A stretch of DNA of 64,000 nt from a phage: the sequence record PX104378.1; one strand, given 5' to 3'. The translations under genes were made by a program, and so were the position numbers. Positions 52,560-62,018 of this stretch are shown piece after piece. The notes below the pieces were generated by a model, which was not told the origin of the DNA, did no database searches, and saw nothing but the letters and a program-made list of their open reading frames with translations. The first letter of the stretch is position 1; each line of letters begins with the position of its first letter.

Positions 52560-54383
52560 TTATGATTGCATCCAAATTTTGCGTTGATCTGCATCTTCAC
52601 TATAGAGCAAATCGAATAGCTCTTTATAGTTTTCCGGCAACGTGATGATCTCCATTACAGGATCGTTGATCACGCGATGATAGTCTGATTCTGTGAGCGA
52701 TGCTAAACCTTTGATATATCGAATGTTGTAACCTTTGATATTATCGCGATCGTTCTCAAAATCTTCTAGGTCATAATACCATCGAACATCATCACCTTTC
52801 TTTGGTTCCGCAATGATAATAGGTGTTTTGATAAACCGGATTCGACCATCTTCGAACAATTCAGGCCAACGTGCAAAGAAAGAGATCAGACTAGGCTTAA
52901 TAGACCCGATCCCGTCAGTATCAGCGTCTGTCATAATCGCAATATTTTTGTATTGCATAACTTCCAATGCATCAACACCAAATTGCAGACCAGTGATCGC
53001 CATGATGTTAAAAATTTCGGCGTTCTTAACGATCTTTGCCTCCGGTTGTTCCCACGTTGTAAGAGTTTTGCCTCGCAACGGGAAACCGCCATGTAAATCT
53101 TGATCACGTACAGAGATCAGATAGTTGATCGCGGAATCACCTTCCGTCAAAAACAGGGTAGTTTCTGCGTCAGTTCCAATAAGGTTAGCTTTAACGTGTT
53201 TTGCTACCTTAGCCCGTTTCGCTGCCTTTGCTGCCTTAGTCGCTGCCGCTTTATCTGCTGCCTCTTTGCGTGCCAGGACTACAGCAATAATAGGCATGAT
53301 AATGTTTTCTTTCTTCGCAATGACTTTAGCCAGTTTTTTAAAATCCAGATCAATGTGTCGCTTGATATCACCAGTTGGATTAGTCAAGCGTTCTTTTGTC
53401 TGTGAATCAAAACGAAGATTAGGCAATTCACGAACAATAAGAATACAGGTCAATCCAGACTTAACCGCAGCTTTAGTAACATCAACCTTATATTCTTTCT
53501 TGATTCGTTTTACAATCTCTTCACAAAGATCATCTGTCACGTAGTCTACGTGCGTTCCCCCGTTTTTGGTAAACAGACCATTAGCAAAGGATACTGATTT
53601 AAAACCTTCTCCCTCGACCGCAGGAACTAGGGCAAGTGAAAAGTTTTTATCTTCAATGACAAACGGATCATCATTGTATAGTTTAGCATAATCCTTGAAC
53701 TTACTAACAATACGTTTACCATTAAACTTAAACGTGATCTTAGGAAAGATTACGCTCAATGATTGCAGACGATCATGAACAATATCTAAAACAGAGTTGT
53801 CCATCATATAACCTTCGAAGTGGTCGAAGTCTGGGCAAAATGTAACCTTCGTTCCCTTCAATTTTGATGGTTTCGACGACCATGTGATATTTTCAGCACC
53901 GTTTGTGCATTGAACGGTCATTTCTGTTTCACCGTCACAGGTCACACCAGTAAACCAATCGCTAAAGAAGTTTGACAACGACGATCCTACGCCGTTCATC
54001 CCTTGCGTTAGTCGATTTGTATCATCAAAGTTAGACCCTGCTTTTGTTCGTGTCCATGCGGCTACAGGTTGCGGAATCTGCGTACCCTCTGGGGTAGTAA
54101 CCATATGTTGAGGAATACCGCGACCATTGTCTGTTACCGTAACAATATTGTTTTGGATATCGACGCTAATCACATTGGCAAATTCAAAGTTAGTGCGGAT
54201 CGCCTCGTCTACAGAGTTGTCGATGATCTCATCAATGATTTTAACCAGTCCAGGAACGTATGAAATTTTTGTCCATTTACCGAACAGGAAACGTTGATGT
54301 TCTTCGTAAGTTGTTGATCCTATATACATTCCTGCACGCTTAAGGACATGTTCACGATCAGATAAAATGCGGAACTCACTCAT
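52560..54383 (-). CDS. 39: DNA topoisomerase II large subunit, fused 39/60 form (GyrB-like)
   Basis: 607 aa; GHKL ATPase motifs (EIIDNSVDEA, DNGRGIP, GLTQGMNGVGSSL) plus TOPRIM region in one ORF. Confidence 0.9.
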   Translation of the reverse strand: MSEFRILSDREHVLKRAGMYIGSTTYEEHQRFLFGKWTKISYVPGLVKIIDEIIDNSVDEAIRTNFEFANVISVDIQNNIVTVTDNGRGIPQHMVTTPEGTQIPQPVAAWTRTKAGSNFDDTNRLTQGMNGVGSSLSNFFSDWFTGVTCDGETEMTVQCTNGAENITWSSKPSKLKGTKVTFCPDFDHFEGYMMDNSVLDIVHDRLQSLSVIFPKITFKFNGKRIVSKFKDYAKLYNDDPFVIEDKNFSLALVPAVEGEGFKSVSFANGLFTKNGGTHVDYVTDDLCEEIVKRIKKEYKVDVTKAAVKSGLTCILIVRELPNLRFDSQTKERLTNPTGDIKRHIDLDFKKLAKVIAKKENIIMPIIAVVLARKEAADKAAATKAAKAAKRAKVAKHVKANLIGTDAETTLFLTEGDSAINYLISVRDQDLHGGFPLRGKTLTTWEQPEAKIVKNAEIFNIMAITGLQFGVDALEVMQYKNIAIMTDADTDGIGSIKPSLISFFARWPELFEDGRIRFIKTPIIIAEPKKGDDVRWYYDLEDFENDRDNIKGYNIRYIKGLASLTESDYHRVINDPVMEIITLPENYKELFDLLYSEDADQRKIWMQS

Positions 54384-54482
54384 TATTAAACCTCTTCATA
54401 ACATAACCATAACTTACTGCAACCGCCACAAAGACGGCTGCAACAATCATATTAAAAATTGAGTGATTGTCAAGTATATGAC

Positions 54483-54656
54483 TCATGACACGCGCACATT
54501 TTTATCGTAATACCCGCCATTAATCCCGCGCGGGGCAGTCAATCCCTGTTTGCATTCTTTACCACATTCAGGGCATTCTGCCTTTTCACGCTCGGAAATT
54601 TTGCGGATTTTCTGAAATTGACCGTGTTCTTCACAAGAATAATCATATAATGGCAT
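54483..54656 (-). CDS. FmdB-type zinc-ribbon protein (57 aa)
   Basis: MPLYDYSCEEHGQF ... CPECGK (CxxH ... CxxC); GGGGA SD. Confidence 0.5.
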   Translation of the reverse strand: MPLYDYSCEEHGQFQKIRKISEREKAECPECGKECKQGLTAPRGINGGYYDKNVRVS

Positions 54657-54657
54657 A

Positions 54658-55326
54658 TTATCCCCTTTGTTTCTTAACTGAATTTGGATCTGGATTTTCT
54701 GGTAGGTCTTCCAGACCCATAGCATAACGTTGTGCATAGATTAGCATAAGAATATCGCGAGCGCAATCATGAATTGCATCATGCGCGATAAATCCGTCTA
54801 GCGTACCCATTGGTAACGGACACTCACACATCCCGCGATGCATCAATGTACGCTCAATGGCGGTGCGAACATCTCGGATGTTCCAGAATCGCACAGGTTC
54901 AAGGCTGAACGTCTCTCGTGTATTGTGTGCACGGCGGATCATATCAACTAGTAACGGAATATCAAACGCATTACCGCGTGACCACATTACTGATTTAACC
55001 GGATCTACTCCTACAGATTCACAGAATGCGTTAAAACGCGCTAAACCTTCTTTAGTTGATACTTCCGTACCATTTGTAATTAATTGCTTTCTCATGCCTT
55101 CTGAGGCGGTATTCTTCCACCATTCAACCACACCATGATCAAAGATCCTTACACCTTTCTGGGAAGGAATATCAAATTTTACCAGAAAGGAATTGTCAAC
55201 CAGTTCTTTAAAAGTCGGTGGATTATGTGGGTCTTCTTTAAATCCGATTGCCGCCATATTGATCACCGCCCCATCAGGCGGATAACCTAAACTTTCAAAG
55301 TCAATCATTAAATCCATTGGAAGCAT
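54658..55326 (-). CDS. dexA: exonuclease A (DnaQ-like 3'-5' exonuclease)
   Basis: MIDFESLG (Exo I DxE), EWWKN, FDIPLLVD, TLDGFIAHDAIHDCARDI, RYAMGLED; position between 39 and dda. Confidence 0.75.
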   Translation of the reverse strand: MLPMDLMIDFESLGYPPDGAVINMAAIGFKEDPHNPPTFKELVDNSFLVKFDIPSQKGVRIFDHGVVEWWKNTASEGMRKQLITNGTEVSTKEGLARFNAFCESVGVDPVKSVMWSRGNAFDIPLLVDMIRRAHNTRETFSLEPVRFWNIRDVRTAIERTLMHRGMCECPLPMGTLDGFIAHDAIHDCARDILMLIYAQRYAMGLEDLPENPDPNSVKKQRG

Positions 55327-55327
55327 T

Positions 55328-55570
55328 TTAAATATCCTCCGCGATGTGTCGGAATAACTCCAGATCGTTTTTATCCAGAATGAAACCGCTACAATCAATA
55401 ATTCCTTTACCGTAATTATCGGTTAATAGTCGGTCCGTTGCCATGTATGCGCGTACCTTGTGGTTAAAATTCATTACATGTTGTGTATAGTCACAATGAA
55501 TCTTTTGACGGTTCCACGCGACAATTGATTCAAGATGAATTACCTTAGAGATATCGTTAATAACAACCAT
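55328..55570 (-). CDS. hypothetical protein (80 aa)
   Basis: ORF between dda and dexA. Confidence 0.45.
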   Translation of the reverse strand: MVVINDISKVIHLESIVAWNRQKIHCDYTQHVMNFNHKVRAYMATDRLLTDNYGKGIIDCSGFILDKNDLELFRHIAEDI

Positions 55571-55571
55571 A

Positions 55572-55739
55572 TCAAAAACCTCGCTTAGTGAAATGTTCGA
55601 TCATTTTATTGATACATGCAGCTTCACTATCGCCGGACACGTTCCAGCCGTACAGACCCCATCTAAAGCACATGGTAACAGTTCCATTGTGACGGCTTAC
55701 CGTCACATCATTAAATTCTGGGATACTTCGCATAATCAT
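55572..55739 (-). CDS. small hypothetical protein (55 aa)
   Basis: MIMRSIPEFNDVTVSRHNG...; GAGGAAA SD. Confidence 0.35.
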   Translation of the reverse strand: MIMRSIPEFNDVTVSRHNGTVTMCFRWGLYGWNVSGDSEAACINKMIEHFTKRGF

Positions 55740-55749
55740 AATAATTTCC

Positions 55750-57141
55750 TCAAATATAGTCTACTCGATACCGCGCACGGGTAACACCCACATATAATAA
55801 CTGCATTGCCAATTCAAAGTCAACATTGTCTGTACACATGCAAGGAGTATACAGGAACACGCGGTCTACGCTGATCCCTTGTGACTTATGAATGGTGCAA
55901 GCTGGTAATGCTTTTACATTCAAGAACATACGTTTCATCGTCCAGAAGGAATCCCAATCTGGTTTAAATTTTGGATTCTCTTTCTTCATTTCGCGATATT
56001 GTCCGGCGACCGTATTCAGATAGATAGAGAAAATGTTCTTCTGACGTTGTTCTGTCAGAATGTTGATTTCTACTAAATCCGGTTTATCTGTAGTGATTCC
56101 GACTGCATCTAAACCGACTTTCTGATTTAGGATTTCTTTGTCTTCGTCATCATCGACGCTTTCCACTTTCAGAGTATAGCCTAAAACTGGTTGCGGATCT
56201 ACCCCCGTGCAACGTAATGTAAATTCACGCGGGATGACCTCTTTAACTCGGATCATCTCACCATTGTTAAAAATAACATTGGGAATCTTCTTCCCGCGTT
56301 CATCTCGCATATATTCGATCAACGGTTCCTGAGTAACCAGAATTTCATCTACAATCACTGGTTCATCGGTGTTATAAACGCGCTTACGTACAATTTCATT
56401 TAGTTTTTCGACGCTCTTGTTAGTGTAAGCCAGAATACGGTTTTCTAGAAGGTCTTCCGGCGTTTTAACGGTTTCGAAATAATGCTTCATAAACTCCGGC
56501 AGAGTTGAGCTATGGAATACACCCTCGTTACCGCACTGCTTTTCGAATACCCATTTACCGTTACGGACAGCGGTCGCCACATCAATTATTGGCGCATTAG
56601 ATCGTTTAATCTCTGTAAGTTCTACATTCTGGAATCTTTCATCTGTGAAGAAAGGAGAGATCGACGTTGCACCGCTCGGATCAACTGGTCGTAACTGGTA
56701 CAGATCACCCACGGCAATAATAACAATTCGACCGTTGATACTCTTCATGAGAATATCAAATAGTTTCTTATCGACCATACTCGCTTCATCAACAATGATG
56801 ATCTGAACATCATCTAGTTTAGGAGTATCCTTTTGCTCAAATACTTGAGTATCTTCATAGTTGGTCGGGTTTAGTCGCAGTAGTGCATGTAAAGTAAATG
56901 CTTGACGACCTACCGCCTTACTCAAAACTTTTTTAGCCTGGTGGGTAGGCGTTGCCAAAACCACACCAGTTACACCACGGCGGACCATTTCCTGGACAAT
57001 GAATTTCATCATTGCGGTTTTACCAGTACCCGCCGCACCACGGACAGTTGTATGCTTCTTTTGTTCAATGCGTTTCATTAGAACATCAAAAGCATGTTTT
57101 TGTCCGTCTGTCAACATATCGAAAGTTAATACTCTGCTCAT
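55750..57141 (-). CDS. dda: Dda DNA helicase (SF1B)
   Basis: 463 aa; Walker A GAAGTGKT, DEASMVD, KRSNAPIIDVATAVRNGKW, LYVGVTRARY match recalled T4 Dda. Confidence 0.9.
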   Translation of the reverse strand: MSRVLTFDMLTDGQKHAFDVLMKRIEQKKHTTVRGAAGTGKTAMMKFIVQEMVRRGVTGVVLATPTHQAKKVLSKAVGRQAFTLHALLRLNPTNYEDTQVFEQKDTPKLDDVQIIIVDEASMVDKKLFDILMKSINGRIVIIAVGDLYQLRPVDPSGATSISPFFTDERFQNVELTEIKRSNAPIIDVATAVRNGKWVFEKQCGNEGVFHSSTLPEFMKHYFETVKTPEDLLENRILAYTNKSVEKLNEIVRKRVYNTDEPVIVDEILVTQEPLIEYMRDERGKKIPNVIFNNGEMIRVKEVIPREFTLRCTGVDPQPVLGYTLKVESVDDDEDKEILNQKVGLDAVGITTDKPDLVEINILTEQRQKNIFSIYLNTVAGQYREMKKENPKFKPDWDSFWTMKRMFLNVKALPACTIHKSQGISVDRVFLYTPCMCTDNVDFELAMQLLYVGVTRARYRVDYI

Positions 57142-57455
57142 TATCCTAAAATCCTCACCTTGCGAACACAGATAGTATTGAGTTCTCGCCGTACCCGTTC
57201 TTTTTCATATTCAGGAATTTTGTATTCTATACCATCCCGAACAATTTCAGAAGACCGGATTATACCAAATTTTCGTTTAGGCACAACCTTGTATTTCGGT
57301 TCACCTGCCAATAGACTCTCACAATAATCTATCTGATCACACATTGACGCTAACGCAGCATCATGAGTTTCGCAAGTTAGGACGCGACCTTTCGCGTCCA
57401 CTGAGTATTGAAAGAATCCGTCTTTATCACGATAACATACAGCAAATACATGCAT
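57141..57455 (-). CDS. hypothetical protein (104 aa)
   Basis: ORF; start/stop abut neighbours. Confidence 0.5.
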   Translation of the reverse strand: MHVFAVCYRDKDGFFQYSVDAKGRVLTCETHDAALASMCDQIDYCESLLAGEPKYKVVPKRKFGIIRSSEIVRDGIEYKIPEYEKERVRRELNTICVRKVRILG

Positions 57456-58210
57456 TATAAACCTACCTTCGCTTTCATCAATTCAATCCACGACGCATCA
57501 ATCGGAAGCCCGTATTTCACGCGTTCTTTTTGTGCTGGCGTTAAGTTCTCATACTTAGAAAGAGATTCAATCAAAACGCTGGTATATTTTAGCACGATTT
57601 CGGTATTGTTTGCAATAGCCTTGAGTTTTTCCTCTTTCTTGTTGATTTCGCTAAGGGCTTGCTTGAGATCTGCAATTTTCTGATAACGTTCTTCCATACG
57701 GAAGAGAGTATTTTTAATCGCTCGCTCGGCTGCCTCTGCTTTCTCCGGTTCGTTGTGCTTTTTGTGGCGCTCGATTGCTAATTTCTTTTCTTCGATTGCC
57801 ATTTCCTGATTTTTGATGCGATTCTCGTTAAGTTCGATCCACTCGATGTACTTTGCACGTAGGGCGATCTCATCATCAGAAAGTTTACCGTTAGTTCCTA
57901 GTTCCTGGATCTCTTTAAGAGATTCGATAGTGTGATTGCCACGGAAAGAATTGTATTTCAGTTTAACCGGAATTACATTGCCATCAACATATCCCAGATT
58001 GCAATCAATGCGCTCTAAGGAGAGTCCGTCATCACCTTCACCGAAAGCCTCACCTGAATATGCGCAATGAGTCTGACGGTAAATGTTACGCACAGTGACT
58101 AAGCTCATAGAGAAGTCTTTGTTGCGACGTGAAGCGCCAGCCATGATAGAGTTCAGACGGAAAACAACCAGCGCCAATTCTTCGTTAGATTTAAAAGCAA
58201 ACAGTTTCAT
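57455..58210 (-). CDS. hypothetical coiled-coil protein (251 aa), srd-position
   Basis: Cys-containing N-terminal domain, Lys/Glu-rich central helix; sits where T4 carries srd; not recognised. Confidence 0.5.
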   Translation of the reverse strand: MKLFAFKSNEELALVVFRLNSIMAGASRRNKDFSMSLVTVRNIYRQTHCAYSGEAFGEGDDGLSLERIDCNLGYVDGNVIPVKLKYNSFRGNHTIESLKEIQELGTNGKLSDDEIALRAKYIEWIELNENRIKNQEMAIEEKKLAIERHKKHNEPEKAEAAERAIKNTLFRMEERYQKIADLKQALSEINKKEEKLKAIANNTEIVLKYTSVLIESLSKYENLTPAQKERVKYGLPIDASWIELMKAKVGL

Positions 58211-58271
58211 AATTGATTCTCCTTAGTTGGTATGTGTGTATTATTGTCTATCTGGTTTGTGCTGTCAACAC

Positions 58272-58775
58272 TTAAATTAAAGAAAATTTGTAAATCTCTA
58301 TCAGGTCGCCGTTACATGCGTAAACTTCCTCGATCTCATCAAGGATCATGGTCGTCCCTGTCTTGTATATGCACTCGCGCTCATCCGCCAACATAGCATA
58401 CAAAGACAGTCGAGTAGTCGGATTGTCATACTCTTTAGACACCACTCGATCAATAGCATGTTCGTAATAATTCATGCAAGGCTTGGTAGGTTTTATTGCA
58501 ATAATCTTTCCTGTTGCATAAACATCGGTTGCAAAGTCCTCTGCTGTTGATTGCAGTGGCGTAAAGCTCATAGGACGCTCTACAACGAAAGAATCGCCTA
58601 CAATTAAGGTATCCAGCTTACGGCCTTCTCTTTTGCTCACACCGCGATACAAGGCTTCATGATGCACTAACCGTTCAGTCTTTTCAATCAATCCATTAAG
58701 GATCGACATATCGATATTTTCTTTAGAGTTCATCACTTCATCAATGATGTTAAGTTCTTCTGGTGTAAATTGCAT
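58272..58775 (-). CDS. modA: ModA/ModB-like ADP-ribosyltransferase
   Basis: R-S-ExE pattern (LYRGV ... PLQSTAED ... ADERECIY); between dda and 56 as in T4; start at MQFTPEE with GGAGG SD. Confidence 0.6.
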   Translation of the reverse strand: MQFTPEELNIIDEVMNSKENIDMSILNGLIEKTERLVHHEALYRGVSKREGRKLDTLIVGDSFVVERPMSFTPLQSTAEDFATDVYATGKIIAIKPTKPCMNYYEHAIDRVVSKEYDNPTTRLSLYAMLADERECIYKTGTTMILDEIEEVYACNGDLIEIYKFSLI

Positions 58776-58808
58776 AATAAAAAGCCTCCAATCTTTCGAC
58801 GGGAGGCA

Positions 58809-58836
58809 TAATAAAACCATTATAGAGTAGTGTCAA
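58809..58836 (-). promoter_or_regulatory. sigma70-type early promoter
   Basis: TTGACA-N16-TATTAT on minus strand. Confidence 0.4.
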
Positions 58837-58843
58837 CTAATTT

Positions 58844-59368
58844 TTAGTAGCCGCGTTCTTGACGGGCGAAGTTTTCAGCATTTTTCAGATAGTACAGCTT
58901 GAAGATATCCTTAGCGGTTAAACCTAAGCCCAGCATTTTAATCAGCACAAAATGCCAGATATCGATCAATTCCATCGCAATTTCGGTTTTATCGTCATCT
59001 GACAGATCAGCAAATTTACGCGCTCGTGCTTCGCCGTGGTTCTTCTTCCACACTTTAGTAATTGCGCTTGCATCTTTGCCATTTGACATGCCACCCAGGG
59101 CAACATAAAGTTCTCGTGTCTCGTCGTCGATTGCGTCATCCCATAGCTTCATCCAATCAAGGATCTCCCCGCAAGTTTCCAGCTTATCAGGATGCGGCAC
59201 CCACTCAAATTTATCAGCTAGTGCGACCTGTAAGCCTTTTTGCATATCTAACATTACTTGCAGCGGATCTTTGCCGCTAGTGATTGCCTCGGAATACGCA
59301 ATACCAGCTTTAGACATAGTTTCGTCGCTAACCAGACCAGCACAAGAATTAAATTCTGACATATTCAC
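58844..59368 (-). CDS. 56: dCTP pyrophosphatase (dCTPase)
   Basis: 174 aa; DPLQVMLDMQ, HPDKLET, IFKLYYLKNAENFARQERGY nearly identical to recalled T4 gp56. Confidence 0.9.
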   Translation of the reverse strand: MNMSEFNSCAGLVSDETMSKAGIAYSEAITSGKDPLQVMLDMQKGLQVALADKFEWVPHPDKLETCGEILDWMKLWDDAIDDETRELYVALGGMSNGKDASAITKVWKKNHGEARARKFADLSDDDKTEIAMELIDIWHFVLIKMLGLGLTAKDIFKLYYLKNAENFARQERGY

Positions 59369-59376
59369 CTCATTAA

Positions 59377-60405
59377 TTAAAATTTACAATATTTCATAAA
59401 CCGCATTTTAGCCATCAGACCTTGTACGGTGTTCTCTTTGATATATTCCATGATCTGGTCGCGTGTAGCGCCCTCGTCCTGAATCATGGCGTTAACGTCT
59501 TTAGAATGCCACGGACAACGATCCCACAAAACAATCTTTTCCCCTGCATTGATAAACTTTTCCAGTCGGTGCATTGTATCGGCTGACCGTGGTTCCGCAT
59601 CAAGTACAAACACTCGCTGGTCTGGGAAAGGGATTTCATCTAATCCCAAAGTACCGCCAGTAATTGCACACCCGTTATCAATAAACAATGAATCGATCGG
59701 ACCTTCTAAGAAATACACTGGCTTGCTCGGATCGGCGCGTTCAAGACCATAGACCTTACTCGCTAACTCGTGAGTTTTAATCGTCATATATTTGGTCTTT
59801 CCGTAATCCTTTCTCAATGCTCGCCCCTGAATGGATTCTATCTTGTTCTCACGGTTAAAGATAGGAATCACTAAACGCGGTTCAGGTTGCGGATTCTTAA
59901 AAGTATCAGCCTTAATGTGATTTGCTACCTTTTGCCATTCTCTCGTGAAATACAGAAGATCCCATTTATCGTGGGGAATGCAACGATCACTGACATACTT
60001 TATTATAGGATGATTAGCCGGAAGAGTATCTAATCTCTCGCAGAAAGGCAATGTTTGCACTTTCTTAATCTCCGGCTTTTCTACCTTTTTCAGTGGCTTG
60101 ACCGTGGTGTTCTTGTGGTCGCCTTGTTCCTTCCGTCTCTCCATAAGCCATTCCCTGAATAGGTCCGGCTTATACTGTTTGAGAAATTCACCTAACGGCT
60201 GATTGTAGTTACAGTTGAAACATCCGGCTCGCAAACTATCTTTATAGGTATAGATACGGAATCGCGCTTGAGTATGATTTTTCTTTGAGTCACCGCAGAT
60301 CGGACAACTACAGACCAGCGTAAATGAGCTAGTATGCAACCGTTTAAAATTTCGTTCGCCGTATATGGCTTTTTCCGCTATTTCATAATCTGCGTAGTAA
60401 ATCAT
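59377..60405 (-). CDS. 61: DNA primase
   Basis: 342 aa (same as T4 gp61); zinc ribbon CPICGDSK ... CFNCNY; EPRLVIPI, LEGPIDSLFI, QGLMAKMR. Confidence 0.9.
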   Translation of the reverse strand: MIYYADYEIAEKAIYGERNFKRLHTSSFTLVCSCPICGDSKKNHTQARFRIYTYKDSLRAGCFNCNYNQPLGEFLKQYKPDLFREWLMERRKEQGDHKNTTVKPLKKVEKPEIKKVQTLPFCERLDTLPANHPIIKYVSDRCIPHDKWDLLYFTREWQKVANHIKADTFKNPQPEPRLVIPIFNRENKIESIQGRALRKDYGKTKYMTIKTHELASKVYGLERADPSKPVYFLEGPIDSLFIDNGCAITGGTLGLDEIPFPDQRVFVLDAEPRSADTMHRLEKFINAGEKIVLWDRCPWHSKDVNAMIQDEGATRDQIMEYIKENTVQGLMAKMRFMKYCKF

Positions 60406-60414
60406 ATTAACCTC

Positions 60415-60618
60415 TTATAGCTCAAATTTCATGAAAGTTCCCACACTTTCATTTTCATTCTCTCCGTTTTCATCTAAGCCAAATTTATAGACACTACCAT
60501 CTGGCGATGTGTAAGAGAATACACGAAAACGGCCTACCGGATCAAGTTCTGTAAATTCATATTCTTTTCCGGCTTCAAAAAGTGCATATGTGCTTTTAAG
60601 ACATTTCATCGTAATCAT
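60415..60618 (-). CDS. hypothetical protein (67 aa)
   Basis: ORF. Confidence 0.45.
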   Translation of the reverse strand: MITMKCLKSTYALFEAGKEYEFTELDPVGRFRVFSYTSPDGSVYKFGLDENGENENESVGTFMKFEL

Positions 60619-60806
60619 TTAAGCGCCACCGACAACAGAATGAGAACTACACCAACATACATTGTGATCTCGGATAACTTTTCTGTTTTTGTTTTGTGTC
60701 CAGATAATCCGAAAACAACAACACCGATAATAGCGGACAGCAAGCCAACGATAAACATGATGATACTAAGCACCGTCTTTCTCCTTCTTGCGTTTTTCTT
60801 TACCAA
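60615..60806 (-). CDS. small membrane protein, two TM segments (63 aa)
   Basis: LSIIMFIVGLLSAIIGVVVFGL and ITMYVGVVLILLSVAL hydrophobic helices. Confidence 0.5.
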   Translation of the reverse strand: MVKKNARRRKTVLSIIMFIVGLLSAIIGVVVFGLSGHKTKTEKLSEITMYVGVVLILLSVALK

Positions 60807-60938
60807 CTATACTAGGTCCACGATTGGTAATAGATCCGCTCGTTTCCCCTGCTGCGATCTTCTCAGGATTGCCGCCAGCATCGCCAGCGGTCATATCTTC
60901 TTTGAGTTTATTTTCTTCAACAAACTGTTTAAAGCCAA

Positions 60939-61313
60939 TCATAGAATAATCTCTTTTAGTAAGTCAACAATCTGGTCTTTCGTCAGTTTATCCTGATTCT
61001 CTACAATCTTGATAACACAAGCGTTAACATCTTTGCGAGTCACGCGGGAGATCGTTTTAATACGATGAAACGGTTCGTAGAAATATACTGCTTCATTATA
61101 GAGCGCAGCAATTTTTCGACGCATTTGATCTTTATCAGCCAGAAAAACAATTGCAGTTTTCGGATCTACACCAGCCACATCATAAAGTTCGGCGACTCCC
61201 CAGCGTCCTTCCGGTTCAACCATACCAGCATGTTTACCGTTAATAAAGATAAGAATGTCTCCGTTATTTGCGGTTTTAAATGCTACATCTTCCGGTGTAA
61301 TCATATTTTTCAT
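60939..61313 (-). CDS. hypothetical protein (124 aa)
   Basis: ORF. Confidence 0.5.
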   Translation of the reverse strand: MKNMITPEDVAFKTANNGDILIFINGKHAGMVEPEGRWGVAELYDVAGVDPKTAIVFLADKDQMRRKIAALYNEAVYFYEPFHRIKTISRVTRKDVNACVIKIVENQDKLTKDQIVDLLKEIIL

Positions 61314-61332
61314 AATATAGTCTCCTTATAGG

Positions 61333-61968
61333 TCAAGCGAACGTAGAAAGCAAATGTTTTGTTTCTTTCAGTTGTCGTTCAAGATCTTTGCGTTTCTCTT
61401 TAAGTTGCATTTTAGCATTGTTTCGCTGTTTTTCAACATCTTTATCGATGTGCTTAGTCCAATTATCAATATCAGAATAAGTTGGCATACCCAATTCTAA
61501 ACCTAATGCGGTTGGATACAGGGTAACAGTCCATAAACCGCTAATCTTCTTAAATAGGTCATGGTGTAGTGTACTACCTACATCTTCCGGTGTCAACTCT
61601 TTTTCTTCTTTCAGTGGTGGGATCTCGTCATATGGTTCCAGTGCATTTACTTTAATATCAGATACCTCATCAAAGAATCCGCGTACATCCGCAGGAAATA
61701 CACAAGCAATTTCCCAACCGTGATCACGCAGAGAAGTAATATTTTTCACTCCCCCACCATGTGTGATGATTGATGTGACATTGCCATCAAGGTCCACCGA
61801 ATTTACGAGAAATGGCTTATCGTCTGTCAGATCATTATAAAACTGTGCTTCGGCTGTAGTCATCTCCAGAAACAGATCTCGGATCGGACGACCATCAGGT
61901 GCGTTACCTTCCTTGAGAGTATAAAAGCGACTTACGATCCATTTTGGCGGTAAAGCATTAGCGATCAT
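61333..61968 (-). CDS. hypothetical protein (211 aa)
   Basis: ORF with basic coiled-coil C-terminus. Confidence 0.5.
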   Translation of the reverse strand: MIANALPPKWIVSRFYTLKEGNAPDGRPIRDLFLEMTTAEAQFYNDLTDDKPFLVNSVDLDGNVTSIITHGGGVKNITSLRDHGWEIACVFPADVRGFFDEVSDIKVNALEPYDEIPPLKEEKELTPEDVGSTLHHDLFKKISGLWTVTLYPTALGLELGMPTYSDIDNWTKHIDKDVEKQRNNAKMQLKEKRKDLERQLKETKHLLSTFA

Positions 61969-62018
61969 GTTATATCTCCTATCAAATCATTCACCAGCGC
62001 CCCGTAGGGCGCATTTTA

